Shown here in pieces: positions 1-9,372 of a stretch of DNA of 32,488 bases. The stretch is from assembly GCA_000388065.2 (NCBI GenBank), contig KB932207.1; one strand, 5' to 3'. The position numbers and the translations under genes were made by a program. The DNA comes from Fonticula alba ATCC 38817. Its lineage: Eukaryota > Protista > Nucleariida. How positions within the stretch are numbered: the stretch's first letter is position 1; each line of letters opens with the position of its first letter. The notes beneath the pieces were generated by a model that was not told the origin of the DNA, made no database searches, and was given only the letters and a program-made list of their open reading frames with translations.

Positions 1-21
1 CCCCCCACGCGGTAGTTCACC

Positions 22-1581
22 ATGACCAGCCCCTACGATTCACTGAATTCCAGCTACGGCATCAGCAACGACTACGACACCTCCGGCTACGGCCAGCAGC
101 AGCATCACCACCACATGGCACACGATGACCCGTATGCGGCGACGTCCGGCACCGGCGGCGCCACCTACTCCACCAAGTATGGCACCTACGCCGACGAGGA
201 CCTGGACCTGAAGGCCGCGCCCAAGACCACGGTGGCCGATCAGCTGGGCGAGCCGCCGGCCGACCCGCGCGGCATCGTCTACGGCATCTTCCTGCTGCTG
301 GGCATTGGCATGCTCTTCCCCTGGAATGTCTTCGTCAACGCCACCTCCTTCTATGGGCTGCGCTTCGCCGGGTCGCCCTTCTCCGACAACTTCGTCAACT
401 TCTTCTCCATCACCTACAACCTGTCCAACATGATCCTCATCGTGGTGGTGGCCCTGCTGGTCTCGCGGCTGACCCCCCGCGGGTCGGTCTTCGGCGCGCT
501 CATGGCCATGGCCGGGGCCTTTGTCGTGCAGACGGCCCTGGTCTATGTGGAGATGGATCCCACCCTCTTCTTCGTGATTACCCTGCTGCTGGTGGTGGTG
601 TGCGGCGGCTCGGGTGCCTTCTTCCAGTCCGGCATCTTCGCCATCACTGCCTCCTTCCCCGGCAAGTACACCTCGGCCATCATGATCGGCCAGGGTGTGG
701 CCGGCATCGTGGTCAGCATTAGCCAGCTCCTGACGCAGCTCATCAGCGATCCGAATGCCGGCTCGGCTGATGACGGTTCGGCCGAGCTCTCGGCTCTGCT
801 GTACTTCCTGGTGGCGGTCTTCCTGCTGATCGCCTGTATCTTCTCCTTCGCCACCCTCCCCCGGATGGCCCTGTTCACCTACTTCACCGAGAAGGCCGCC
901 CGGCTGACCGGCACCGGCAGCGACGTGGCCCCGGACAGCGACACCGCCCCGCTCATCCCCACGGATCCGGTTGATGAGGATGGCCTGGCCCTGCCGGCCC
1001 AGCCGGCCGGCTACATGGCCATCTTCCGCGAGATCTGGTTCATGCCGGTCGGTGTCTTCTTCACCTTCTTCCTGACCCTCTCCCTGTTCCCGATGTTCAT
1101 CGCCGCCACGGCCCCCTCCACCGAGAGCGACAGCCGTCTTTTCAATGACCTGTTCGTTTCGTTTGGCTTCCTGGTCTTCAACATCGGCGACATCACCGGC
1201 CGCTTCCTGCCCACCCTCTATGTGGCCCCAGCCAAGTCCCTGCTCCCGATGTCCCTCCTGCGCCTGGTCTTCATCCCGCTCTTCCTCTTCTGCAATGTGG
1301 TCCTCTATGATCCCACCGGCCAGCCCATCGAGTCTCCGGTCCCGGTGATTTTCGCCAACGACTGGGTCTTCTGGGGTATCCTCCTGGTGTTCGCCATCTC
1401 CAACGGCTACGTGGCCAATGTCCAGATGATGCTCGGCGCCCAGCAGGTGTCCGACATGCGCAACCTCCCCAAGGCTTCCAACCTCATGGTGTCTGCCCTT
1501 GTGGCTGGTCTCCTCTTCGGCAGTATGGCCTCCTTCGGCCTTCGTGGCATTCTGTGCAGCTGCAACCCCTTCATCGAGTAA
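22..1581 (+). CDS. Equilibrative nucleoside transporter (ENT/SLC29 family), single exon, 519 aa
   Basis: Uninterrupted ORF ATG22-TAA1581 with about 11 hydrophobic segments. ENT-typical motifs: 'GIGMLFPWNVFVNA' (TM1), 'FPGKYTSAIMIGQGVAGIVVS', 'FFLTLSLFP', 'FNIGDITGR', 'FAISNGY'. Motifs recognised from knowledge of the family; no search run. Confidence 0.93.
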   Translation: MTSPYDSLNSSYGISNDYDTSGYGQQQHHHHMAHDDPYAATSGTGGATYSTKYGTYADEDLDLKAAPKTTVADQLGEPPADPRGIVYGIFLLLGIGMLFPWNVFVNATSFYGLRFAGSPFSDNFVNFFSITYNLSNMILIVVVALLVSRLTPRGSVFGALMAMAGAFVVQTALVYVEMDPTLFFVITLLLVVVCGGSGAFFQSGIFAITASFPGKYTSAIMIGQGVAGIVVSISQLLTQLISDPNAGSADDGSAELSALLYFLVAVFLLIACIFSFATLPRMALFTYFTEKAARLTGTGSDVAPDSDTAPLIPTDPVDEDGLALPAQPAGYMAIFREIWFMPVGVFFTFFLTLSLFPMFIAATAPSTESDSRLFNDLFVSFGFLVFNIGDITGRFLPTLYVAPAKSLLPMSLLRLVFIPLFLFCNVVLYDPTGQPIESPVPVIFANDWVFWGILLVFAISNGYVANVQMMLGAQQVSDMRNLPKASNLMVSALVAGLLFGSMASFGLRGILCSCNPFIE

Positions 1582-1629
1582 TGCGGCAACAGGAGAGACG
1601 CGGGTGTGTGTGTGTGTGTGTGTGGAGGC

Positions 1630-1661
1630 GGGGGGGGGGGGGGGGGCGGGGGGTTTTCCCC

Positions 1662-1714
<53 letters not shown>
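1630..1714. repeat. Poly-G tract followed directly by a poly-C tract, downstream of the ENT stop codon
   Basis: G-run 1630-1653 (one C interruption), TTTT, then CCCC-T-C52 to 1714. Preceded by (TG)n at ~1604-1623. Confidence 0.9.
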
Positions 1715-2225
1715 TTCCCCTCCGGCCGCGGGGCNNNNNNNNNNNNNNNNNNNGGGGGGGGGTACTCGATGGAGGCCGGCGGGGGGGCCTGCTTACGTGG
1801 CCGAGGCGCGCGCCCTGGTGCCGGGACCGAGCCTCGTTGCGGTAAGCAGAGTCAGCATTTTCAGGTGAGGCAGGCACACGAAGGCCTGAGCCTTCGGCGC
1901 CGAGGAGGACGAAGGGCACGCTCGGGGAATATCCGAGCCGCGTGAGGGTACGTGGGCAAGGAAAAGGGGGAAAAAAAAACAAACCACACATTGCCGGAGC
2001 GTGCGGCGACACCTCCTGCCAGCTACGCGGCGCCGGCGGTCCCGTACCCGCGTGCTGCCTGCGCGGCCGGGCTGTAAACCGCGCCTGGTAGCAGTCAACG
2101 TGAAATGAAGCCCCCAGACCCCGAACCCTGGGTCCCGAATCGGACGGCTACCGGGTGCTCGAACTCGCCGGGCTCTCGCCCCGGGCGCGGCCCTGGAACG
2201 ACCCTCTTTCCTGCCCGCCCGCCCG

Positions 2226-2256
<31 letters not shown>

Positions 2257-3447
2257 AGGCGGGGCTCCTCCTCTGGATCAGGGCGCTCGCGCTGGAGAGA
2301 GGCGGCACCCTGGGCGGCATGCTGTCCTCGCAAATAGGGGCCCCCAAAAAGCAAGGGCAAAAAAAGACCGGGGAAATCCCGCACGCCCCCTCGCGCCAAG
2401 GCACGCCAGGCGGTGCCATTCTTTGTAAGTCGTCCGCATGACCCGAAGGTCACATGGAGATGCCGGGCGTGGCTGCCTTCGTTCTGGAGTTGTGTGTTTG
2501 GGTGGAGAAAGGGAGGGGGGGGTTGTTCCGGGCCGCCGGGCACATCCCGGCACCCGGCGCTGAAAGGGCGGTGCCAGGCTCTCCAAGCACAATGCTCTCT
2601 CCACGGGGGAGGGGCGGGGCCGCGTCAGTCCAGTTTGCCCAATCTCCTGTCGGGGCTTACCCGGCAAGGATCGTGGCCCGGGGTCGAGCCCGCGCCCTTC
2701 CCCCCCCCCCCCCCGTGGCAGACATGCACACAGGGACCGGCACATGCACACACACACACACACACACACGCACATGCGACCGCAGACACACGGCCACAGA
2801 CACAGGCGCGCTGGTACACCTGCTGAGAGTTGCGGGAGGAGCCAGCCCTGCTCCCCCCCCCCCCCAAAGAGCCGATCTCCATCGCGTAGGCGAGGTTCTT
2901 CGGCCGGCATCTAGTCCCCGGCCCCCCTTCGGCCGGGCAACCCCTCCCTGCTCCACCCTCTATAGTCTCCTGCCCTCTCCCCGGATCCCTCCCCGTCAGA
3001 AGCACCCCCTCATTGTGCGCCCTCTCGCGCTGTCTTCCGCCTCCTCCCTCTTCCCTTGCATCTCGCCCCCCCCCTCCCCCCATGTGCACGCGAGAGAGAG
3101 CCACATAGAGGCGGCCCGCTGCGCCGGTCGCCGCGCCACCCGCCAGCTATGTGTTTGAATGCGCGCTTGCACTTGGAAATGGACCCCCGGTTCGGGAGAG
3201 TCTTTCTCTTCCTCTCCCGGGGAGACCCCTCTTTCCCCGTGACACAGGGCGGCATCGCGAAGAGCCCATGCCTGGCCGCACGCGCCCCGCTGTTCACACA
3301 ATACACGCATATGCTTTTTATACCCACACGCATTATGGTCCTTTTGTGTGCTCCCATTCGCGCTTCCATGTGCGTCCATATCCGCGGCGTGTGTGTCGCC
3401 GCCCGGCGCCCTGGCGACCGTCCTCCCCTTCCCCCCCCCCCCCCCCC

Positions 3448-4378
3448 NNNNNNNNNNNNNNNNNNNNNNNNNNNNNNNNNNNNNNNNNNNNNNNNNNNNN
3501 NNNNNNNNNNNNNNNNNNNNNNNNNNNNNNNNNNNNNNNNNNNNNNNNNNNNNNNNNNNNNNNNNNNNNNNNNNNNNNNNNNNNNNNNNNNNNNNNNNNN
3601 NNNNNNNNNNNNNNNNNNNNNNNNNNNNNNNNNNNNNNNNNNNNNNNNNNNNNNNNNNNNNNNNNNNNNNNNNNNNNNNNNNNNNNNNNNNNNNNNNNNN
3701 NNNNNNNNNNNNNNNNNNNNNNNNNNNNNNNNNNNNNNNNNNNNNNNNNNNNNNNNNNNNNNNNNNNNNNNNNNNNNNNNNNNNNNNNNNNNNNNNNNNN
3801 NNNNNNNNNNNNNNNNNNNNNNNNNNNNNNNNNNNNNNNNNNNNNNNNNNNNNNNNNNNNNNNNNNNNNNNNNNNNNNNNNNNNNNNNNNNNNNNNNNNN
3901 NNNNNNNNNNNNNNNNNNNNNNNNNNNNNNNNNNNNNNNNNNNNNNNNNNNNNNNNNNNNNNNNNNNNNNNNNNNNNNNNNNNNNNNNNNNNNNNNNNNN
4001 NNNNNNNNNNNNNNNNNNNNNNNNNNNNNNNNNNNNNNNNNNNNNNNNNNNNNNNNNNNNNNNNNNNNNNNNNNNNNNNNNNNNNNNNNNNNNNNNNNNN
4101 NNNNNNNNNNNNNNNNNNNNNNNNNNNNNNNNNNNNNNNNNNNNNNNNNNNNNNNNNNNNNNNNNNNNNNNNNNNNNNNNNNNNNNNNNNNNNNNNNNNN
4201 NNNNNNNNNNNNNNNNNNNNNNNNNNNNNNNNNNNNNNNNNNNNNNNNNNNNNNNNNNNNNNNNNNNNNNNNNNNNNNNNNNNNNNNNNNNNNNNNNNNN
4301 NNNNNNNNNNNNNNNNNNNNNNNNNNNNNNNNNNNNNNNNNNNNNNNNNNNNNNNNNNNNNNNNNNNNNNNNNNNNNN
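3448..4378. other. Assembly gap (931 N); other gaps at 1735-1753, 13456-13640, 17219-17533, 26966-26982, 29308-29323
   Basis: N runs, each adjacent to a C- or G-rich or homopolymer tract. Confidence 0.99.
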
Positions 4379-4434
4379 CCCCACCCCACCCCACCCCCGC
4401 TTCTACCCATGTGCTGACCTTGCTGGCCCGATAG

Positions 4435-4653
4435 ATTTACAAGGATCAGGTCGTCGGCATCGTCATGCCGGATATGCTGACTGTCGAGGTGGTCGAGACC
4501 GGTCCCAGCCGTGGCTCGGGCACCGGCGGCGCTACCAAGCCTGCCTTCCTGGCCGGCGGCGTGCGCGTTCTTGTCCCGGAGTACATCACCACCGGCGAGC
4601 GCATTGTCATCCGCACTGAGACCATGGAGTTCAACCGCCGTGCCACCGACTAA
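4435..4653 (+). CDS. efp: Elongation factor P (bacterial-type, probably mitochondrial), terminal exon only; 5' exons probably in the 3448-4378 gap
   Basis: Branch-like GCTGAC (~4413) and acceptor ATAG (4431-4434) are followed by IYKDQVVGIVMPDMLTVEVVETGPSRGSGTGGATKPAFLAGGVRVLVPEYITTGERIVIRTETMEFNRRATD*. This matches the EF-P C-terminal OB domain pattern (P..v.l.V.eT.P...KPA.L.tG..v.VP.fI..Ge.i.vdT....Y..R). eIF5A lacks this domain. Confidence 0.82.
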   Translation: MYKDQVVGIVMPDMLTVEVVETGPSRGSGTGGATKPAFLAGGVRVLVPEYITTGERIVIRTETMEFNRRATD

Positions 4654-4856
4654 GCCCCCCGGCCGACTCTCAGCTGGGGAGGCGCCAGGCTCTCCTCCGC
4701 ACACATAAACAGCACCACATGCAAGAAAAAACGTCCCCCTGCCTCCGCCGGGTGACCGCGCGCGCCTATCAGCGGAAATACAGCAGAAATGATCATATCC
4801 CCGGATGGGAGCCCTCCTAGCTCCCTGCCCTTTGCTTTTCCCCCCTTTCTGTCTGG

Positions 4857-4893
<37 letters not shown>

Positions 4894-6281
4894 CACACAT
4901 ACAAATGCCCAGATATGCACATATGCACATGCATATGGGCCATCACACTCCCCTCCTCCAGCCGCCCGTGCCCGCTCTCTTACACCCGGCGGTGGTGGCT
5001 CCTGGCTCCTGAGGGAGGAAAAATGTCCCCCCCCCCCCCGCCAAGAGGGAGAGGTGAGGAAATGCGGGTCAACCAACAAATGCCAGCGGAAAGTCGCGAC
5101 CATTGGCACCACCCGGGCTGTCGGCTCGCCGCCATGCGCCACGCTCTGCCCACAATCATCCTGGGATCCGCCCCCGGGGTTGCCACCCGCCCTGGGAGGC
5201 ATGGGGGCCACATTAATTGAGATCCCCCCCCCCCCTCCTTTCCGGGCCCCTTCGCGCGTGCCCTCTCCCGGTCTCCGCCTGAAGCGGATGCAATCAACCT
5301 GCCTCCCGCCGGTGCCCCGGCCACAGGGGAGCTTCGGCTACTCGGCGCCCCATGGCAAACAGGGCCGGCACTCGCCAAACCTCCTGGGCTCTGGAAGCAG
5401 TCCCTGGTCTGCAGGGAGAAGAGGGCGCCCCTTGGTGGTGGTGGCGGCGGCGGCGGACCCCATGTCCGCCCGTCCAAAGGCATGTGCTGATCACAGCAGG
5501 GAGGGTGTCTCCACTTCGGATCGCCCCATCATTTCCCGCTTCTACTCGATGCCCTAGACCGCACGCATCCCAGAAGGCGTTTCTCTAGAGTGAGCGAGCG
5601 AGCGAGCGAGTGAGAGAGAGAGGGGGGGGGGATAGGGAGGGGGCATCCAGACATGCAACACATGCCATTCCTGGCCTGAGTTGAGGCACCCTCCACGAGG
5701 GCCAACAATGGCCCCCGGGGATCTCCTAGAGGACAAGGGGCGTATTAATTTCGGCCCCGGAATAAGCCCCACCCACGAGGAGGTGTCTTGGGGGTTGCGA
5801 CACGTGCAGTCAATACCTCCAGGAAGCTCAGGCTGCATGCCCTTTTTTCCAGCTACAAGCGCACACATACACAAACAGGCCCATCTCAGCCACCGTGGCA
5901 AGGAAGACACATCAGGATGCAGGGTATGGAACATAGTCGCCCTTCCAACTGGAACCCCCCTCTGCGGGGGCGAGGGATACACCTTAAAGTGAACCCCAAA
6001 TTCTGGAGGCTGGGGCATCTGGCACATCCCCCCTGTCCCCGATCTGTGCTTTCCCTTTCCCCTCCCCTCACCTCGCTCCTTCTCTCGCCTGCCCCTCTTC
6101 CGGAGTCGCGCATCGCACACGTACGCAGGCCTTTGGGTACCCACACCCTCGGAGAGCCTCCCGGCCACACGTACACCGTCGGAAGCCGCTCGACACACGA
6201 AGGAAGAAACCCCGTTCTCTGACACCGGTGCATCACTCCCCTCTGCCCTGGGTGCCCAGACACCGGGCAAAAAGAAAACAG

Positions 6282-7920
6282 ATGCCAGCATTTCGCTGCC
6301 CAGCCGGGCAGTACCCGGTCGGAGCCGATTGCCAGCCCTGCCACGAGAGCTGCCGGAGCTGCCGTGGCCCCCTGCCTCGGGATTGCCTGCTTTGCGCGCC
6401 GGGCTTTGGCCAGCTGCATTTCGACCTGCTCAATGGTACCCGTCACAGAGGCATGGGGGGAGGGGGGGGGGCAGCGTGGCGGGCCCCGGTGCGACGCGTT
6501 CTCCCTGGGGGGGTAACTAACCAGAGCGCCCTCCGGACATCATGAAAAAATATCCACCGACTGCTGCAGCGCCCGCCAGCGGGAGCGGAAGTTCGGACAG
6601 CGATCTCGATGCCGGACAACCTGGCAGCAGCATGCCTGACTCTGAGACACCCGGTGGGAGTGAGCCTGCTGACGGCGGATCGTCCCCACCCGACGCCTCT
6701 GAGTCAGATCAGCCCACTGGGAGTCAGTCCAGCAGCAGGAGCTCACCCAACGACGGGACCCCGGACAGCGACGCCAGCGGCCGCCATGGCAGCGGCGGAT
6801 CGGGACCCGCGTCGGGAAGCGAGGATCGCGCTCGACCGGACGCCGGGAGCCTGGCGAGCAGCCATCCCGACGTGCTCGCCACATCGGATGAGAATGGCAT
6901 GGGCATCGCGGAATATGGCGACTCGACCGACCACGGGCTCTCCCTCCCGGAGGACTGGGTCCTGTGCCATCGGTGCGAGGACCTCGGCCACCTGTCGCTG
7001 GATGGCCTATGCATGTACCGCTGCCCGGTGGGGTATGAACAGCAGGGCTCCGAGTGCCGGCCCCTGTGTAGCATTGGCTCGCGCCTGGTTTTCAAAAGTC
7101 CCCTGGATCTGGAGGGGATCCGCAAGGACCCCGAGTACAATGGCCCCCTCGGGCTGGGGCGGCGGCTACTGAGCACCCCGGCTGGACATTCCGAAGCCAG
7201 GACCTGGCGGTGCGTGTGCAAGCCCATGTGCTGAATCCGACCGGGGGGGGGGGGGGGGGGCATCCCCAATGAATCACAACACTCACATGCCTTTCGATGT
7301 CGCCTCCGCGATGGATTCCCTCCGTGCACTTCGCGCAGGGACGTGCGCGAGGAAGACGCGAAAACACCGGTGGCGGCCCCTGGAAGCAGCGGCGCCGGAT
7401 CACCCGGAAGCGGATCGTCGGGCCAGCTCGCCTCGGAGTGTGTCCGATGTGAAGTGGCCAATTGCCGCCACTGCTTCAGTGCGCAGGACTACTGTGACCA
7501 GTGCGACGACGGATACAAGCTGCTGGTGGCCATGTCCAATGTGTCGCCCTTTCGCTGTGTGCAGGAGTGCCCCCAGCGGCATTTCGCCGACCCGGAGAAG
7601 CTGCTCTACTGGGGTGTGCCCCCGGTGCCGCAAGCGCGCACTTCCCACCGCACCGGGTCCCATGGCATGGCCGGCGTTCCGGCAAGGCGCCGCCTGGCTG
7701 TCCGTGCCACGAGTCCGCCCGGGGCGTATCAACGCTTTTTCGACAGCTCCCTCTACTGCAGCCCTTGCCATGAGGATTGCGACTTCGGGTGCAGGGGCCT
7801 CGGCCCGGGGGACTGTACCCGGCCGATTGTTGACAGCGGAGACCCGGGGAAAGGTAGGTGCATGTGGTGGGAGGCGGGATGGGGTGTTCGCCATGGGGGG
7901 GGGGGGGGGGGGGGGGGGGT

Positions 7921-7990
<70 letters not shown>

Positions 7991-8281
7991 ATGGAGGCCA
8001 ATGCCACCTCATATGCTAATGCACCCGAAATCCACACACAACGGCCATGTGGGTCATCATGGCGTCCCCCTGTCGTGGGGGGGGGGGCGCTCCAAGATTT
8101 GCGCAAGCCAGCCATCATTGCATCCATTACGGCAGCTGTCCTGGCTGTCTTCGTTCTCGGTGTCATGTTCCTTGTGGTCGGCCTGAAACTTCGCAGCAAC
8201 TACCTGAAGAAGGTGCGTGCATTGAAGGAGTGCATGGAGCCCCCCTCCCCCCTGGTCCAGGAGCGTGTAGAAGGAGACTGA
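6282..8281 (+). CDS. Furin-like (FU) cysteine-rich repeat, single-pass membrane protein; true 5' end uncertain
   Basis: Frame-consistent exons: ~6282-6435, 6525-7209, 7339-7853, 8097-8281 (possible extra 48-nt intron 8213-8260). Introns: GTACCC..ACTAACCAG, GTGCGT..GCAG, GTAGGT..CAAG. Repeats: CPAGQY..CQPCHESCRSCRGPLPRDCLLC, CMYRCPVGY, CVRCEVANCRHC..CDQCDDGY, CSPCHEDCDFGCRGLGPGDC. Also a Ser/Gly/Asp-rich linker and TM 'PAIIASITAAVLAVFVLGVMFLVVGL' followed by basic KLR..KK. No signal peptide located. Confidence 0.75.
7895..7988. repeat. ~94-nt poly-G tract inside intron 7854-8096
   Basis: G-run with a single T at 7920. Confidence 0.95.
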
Positions 8282-8431
8282 CCGGTGCGAGTGCAACGGC
8301 CAATCTGCAGGCGGAGCGACGCCGACGTGCGGCCACAGCTGCGATAACACACTGAGAGGGCCGCGAGGGAGCCACGCCGCTAAGCAGGGGCCAAACGTGC
8401 CATGCGAGGGACGATCGCATGGGCAATTTTG

Positions 8432-8432
<1 letters not shown>

Positions 8433-8478
<46 letters not shown>
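8433..8478. repeat. (CA)n microsatellite
   Basis: About 23 CA units read directly. Confidence 0.95.
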
Positions 8479-8480
<2 letters not shown>

Positions 8481-9182
8481 GTGTGGGCCTGACAACAGCG
8501 GCGGCAGCCGTGGCGGGAATAGCAGCGCATTTTTGACAGTCGCCTGGCCGCGCGGTTACAGCCGCCGCGCATACTCGGCAGCAGCAGGCGCTCCCACAGC
8601 CGAAGAGGCGCCGCAAAGGGAGGAAAGGGAGCCACACAAGGAGGCGGACGCCCACAGAGCATGGGGGAGCCCCCGAGGGAGGCGGAAACCAGACGGGACG
8701 GCGGCCCGTCCGCCACAATACACCACCGTGCCTTTTCGACGCCCACCAGATGCATGCGGGGACACAGCCTCCCCAACCAAAAACGCCCTCGGGGGACGAT
8801 GGGCGCAGGGCAGGCCGCAGATGGGGGGGCTCCCCGATCAGTGGTCCCGTTGTGAGCAGTGGCGCCCAGCGTGGCGACACCCGTGGGGCGATCGTGAAAG
8901 ATGGTGGCGAAACTCCCCACGCACACACCCTTCTCACTGTTGCCGGGCGAGGCAGGGGGCGGGGGGGGGGGGGGAAACCGAGCGCCCGATCTGGATAAGA
9001 AACCCCATGCCCGGCTCCATGTCCCTGGGTAGATCGCACCCCCCCTCCCTCTCTCACACATACATACACACACACACACACATGTATTTTATGTTATTTT
9101 CTGCACACGACCAGCCCTCCTCTTCCTCCCCCATTTCCCTTGCGCTGCGCCCCCCCGCTTCGCCTTCGGCTTTGGCTCTGCC

Positions 9183-9334
9183 ATGAGCCACGGCTTTTTG
9201 ACCGCCGCCGAGTATGAGCTCCGGCTCGACCGCCTGCGTCAGCTCCTCTGCACCTCACTTCGGGAGTTCCGCTGTGTCATATGGTCCGCGCCCCCCCCCC
9301 CCCCCCCCCCCCCCCGGTCACCCGTCACCCTCAC

Positions 9335-9372
<38 letters not shown>

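Noticed and set aside
2454-2560. KGRGG peptide resembling the EF-P PGKGG loop upstream of the gap
   Set aside because: The surrounding residues do not fit the EF-P KOW-like domain, and no splice path to the 4435 exon could be shown.
2996-5211. Long ORFs (400-730 aa) spanning the N-gap, and similar ones at 12621-14219 and 16959-19009
   Set aside because: They are open only because N codons are not stops; the flanking translations are low-complexity products of microsatellites and GC-rich DNA.
5083-5345. GGAAAGTC and TTCGGCTAC motifs loosely like RNase P/MRP conserved regions
   Set aside because: The matches are short and degenerate, and I could not see the P4 pairing; an Rfam covariance search would be needed.
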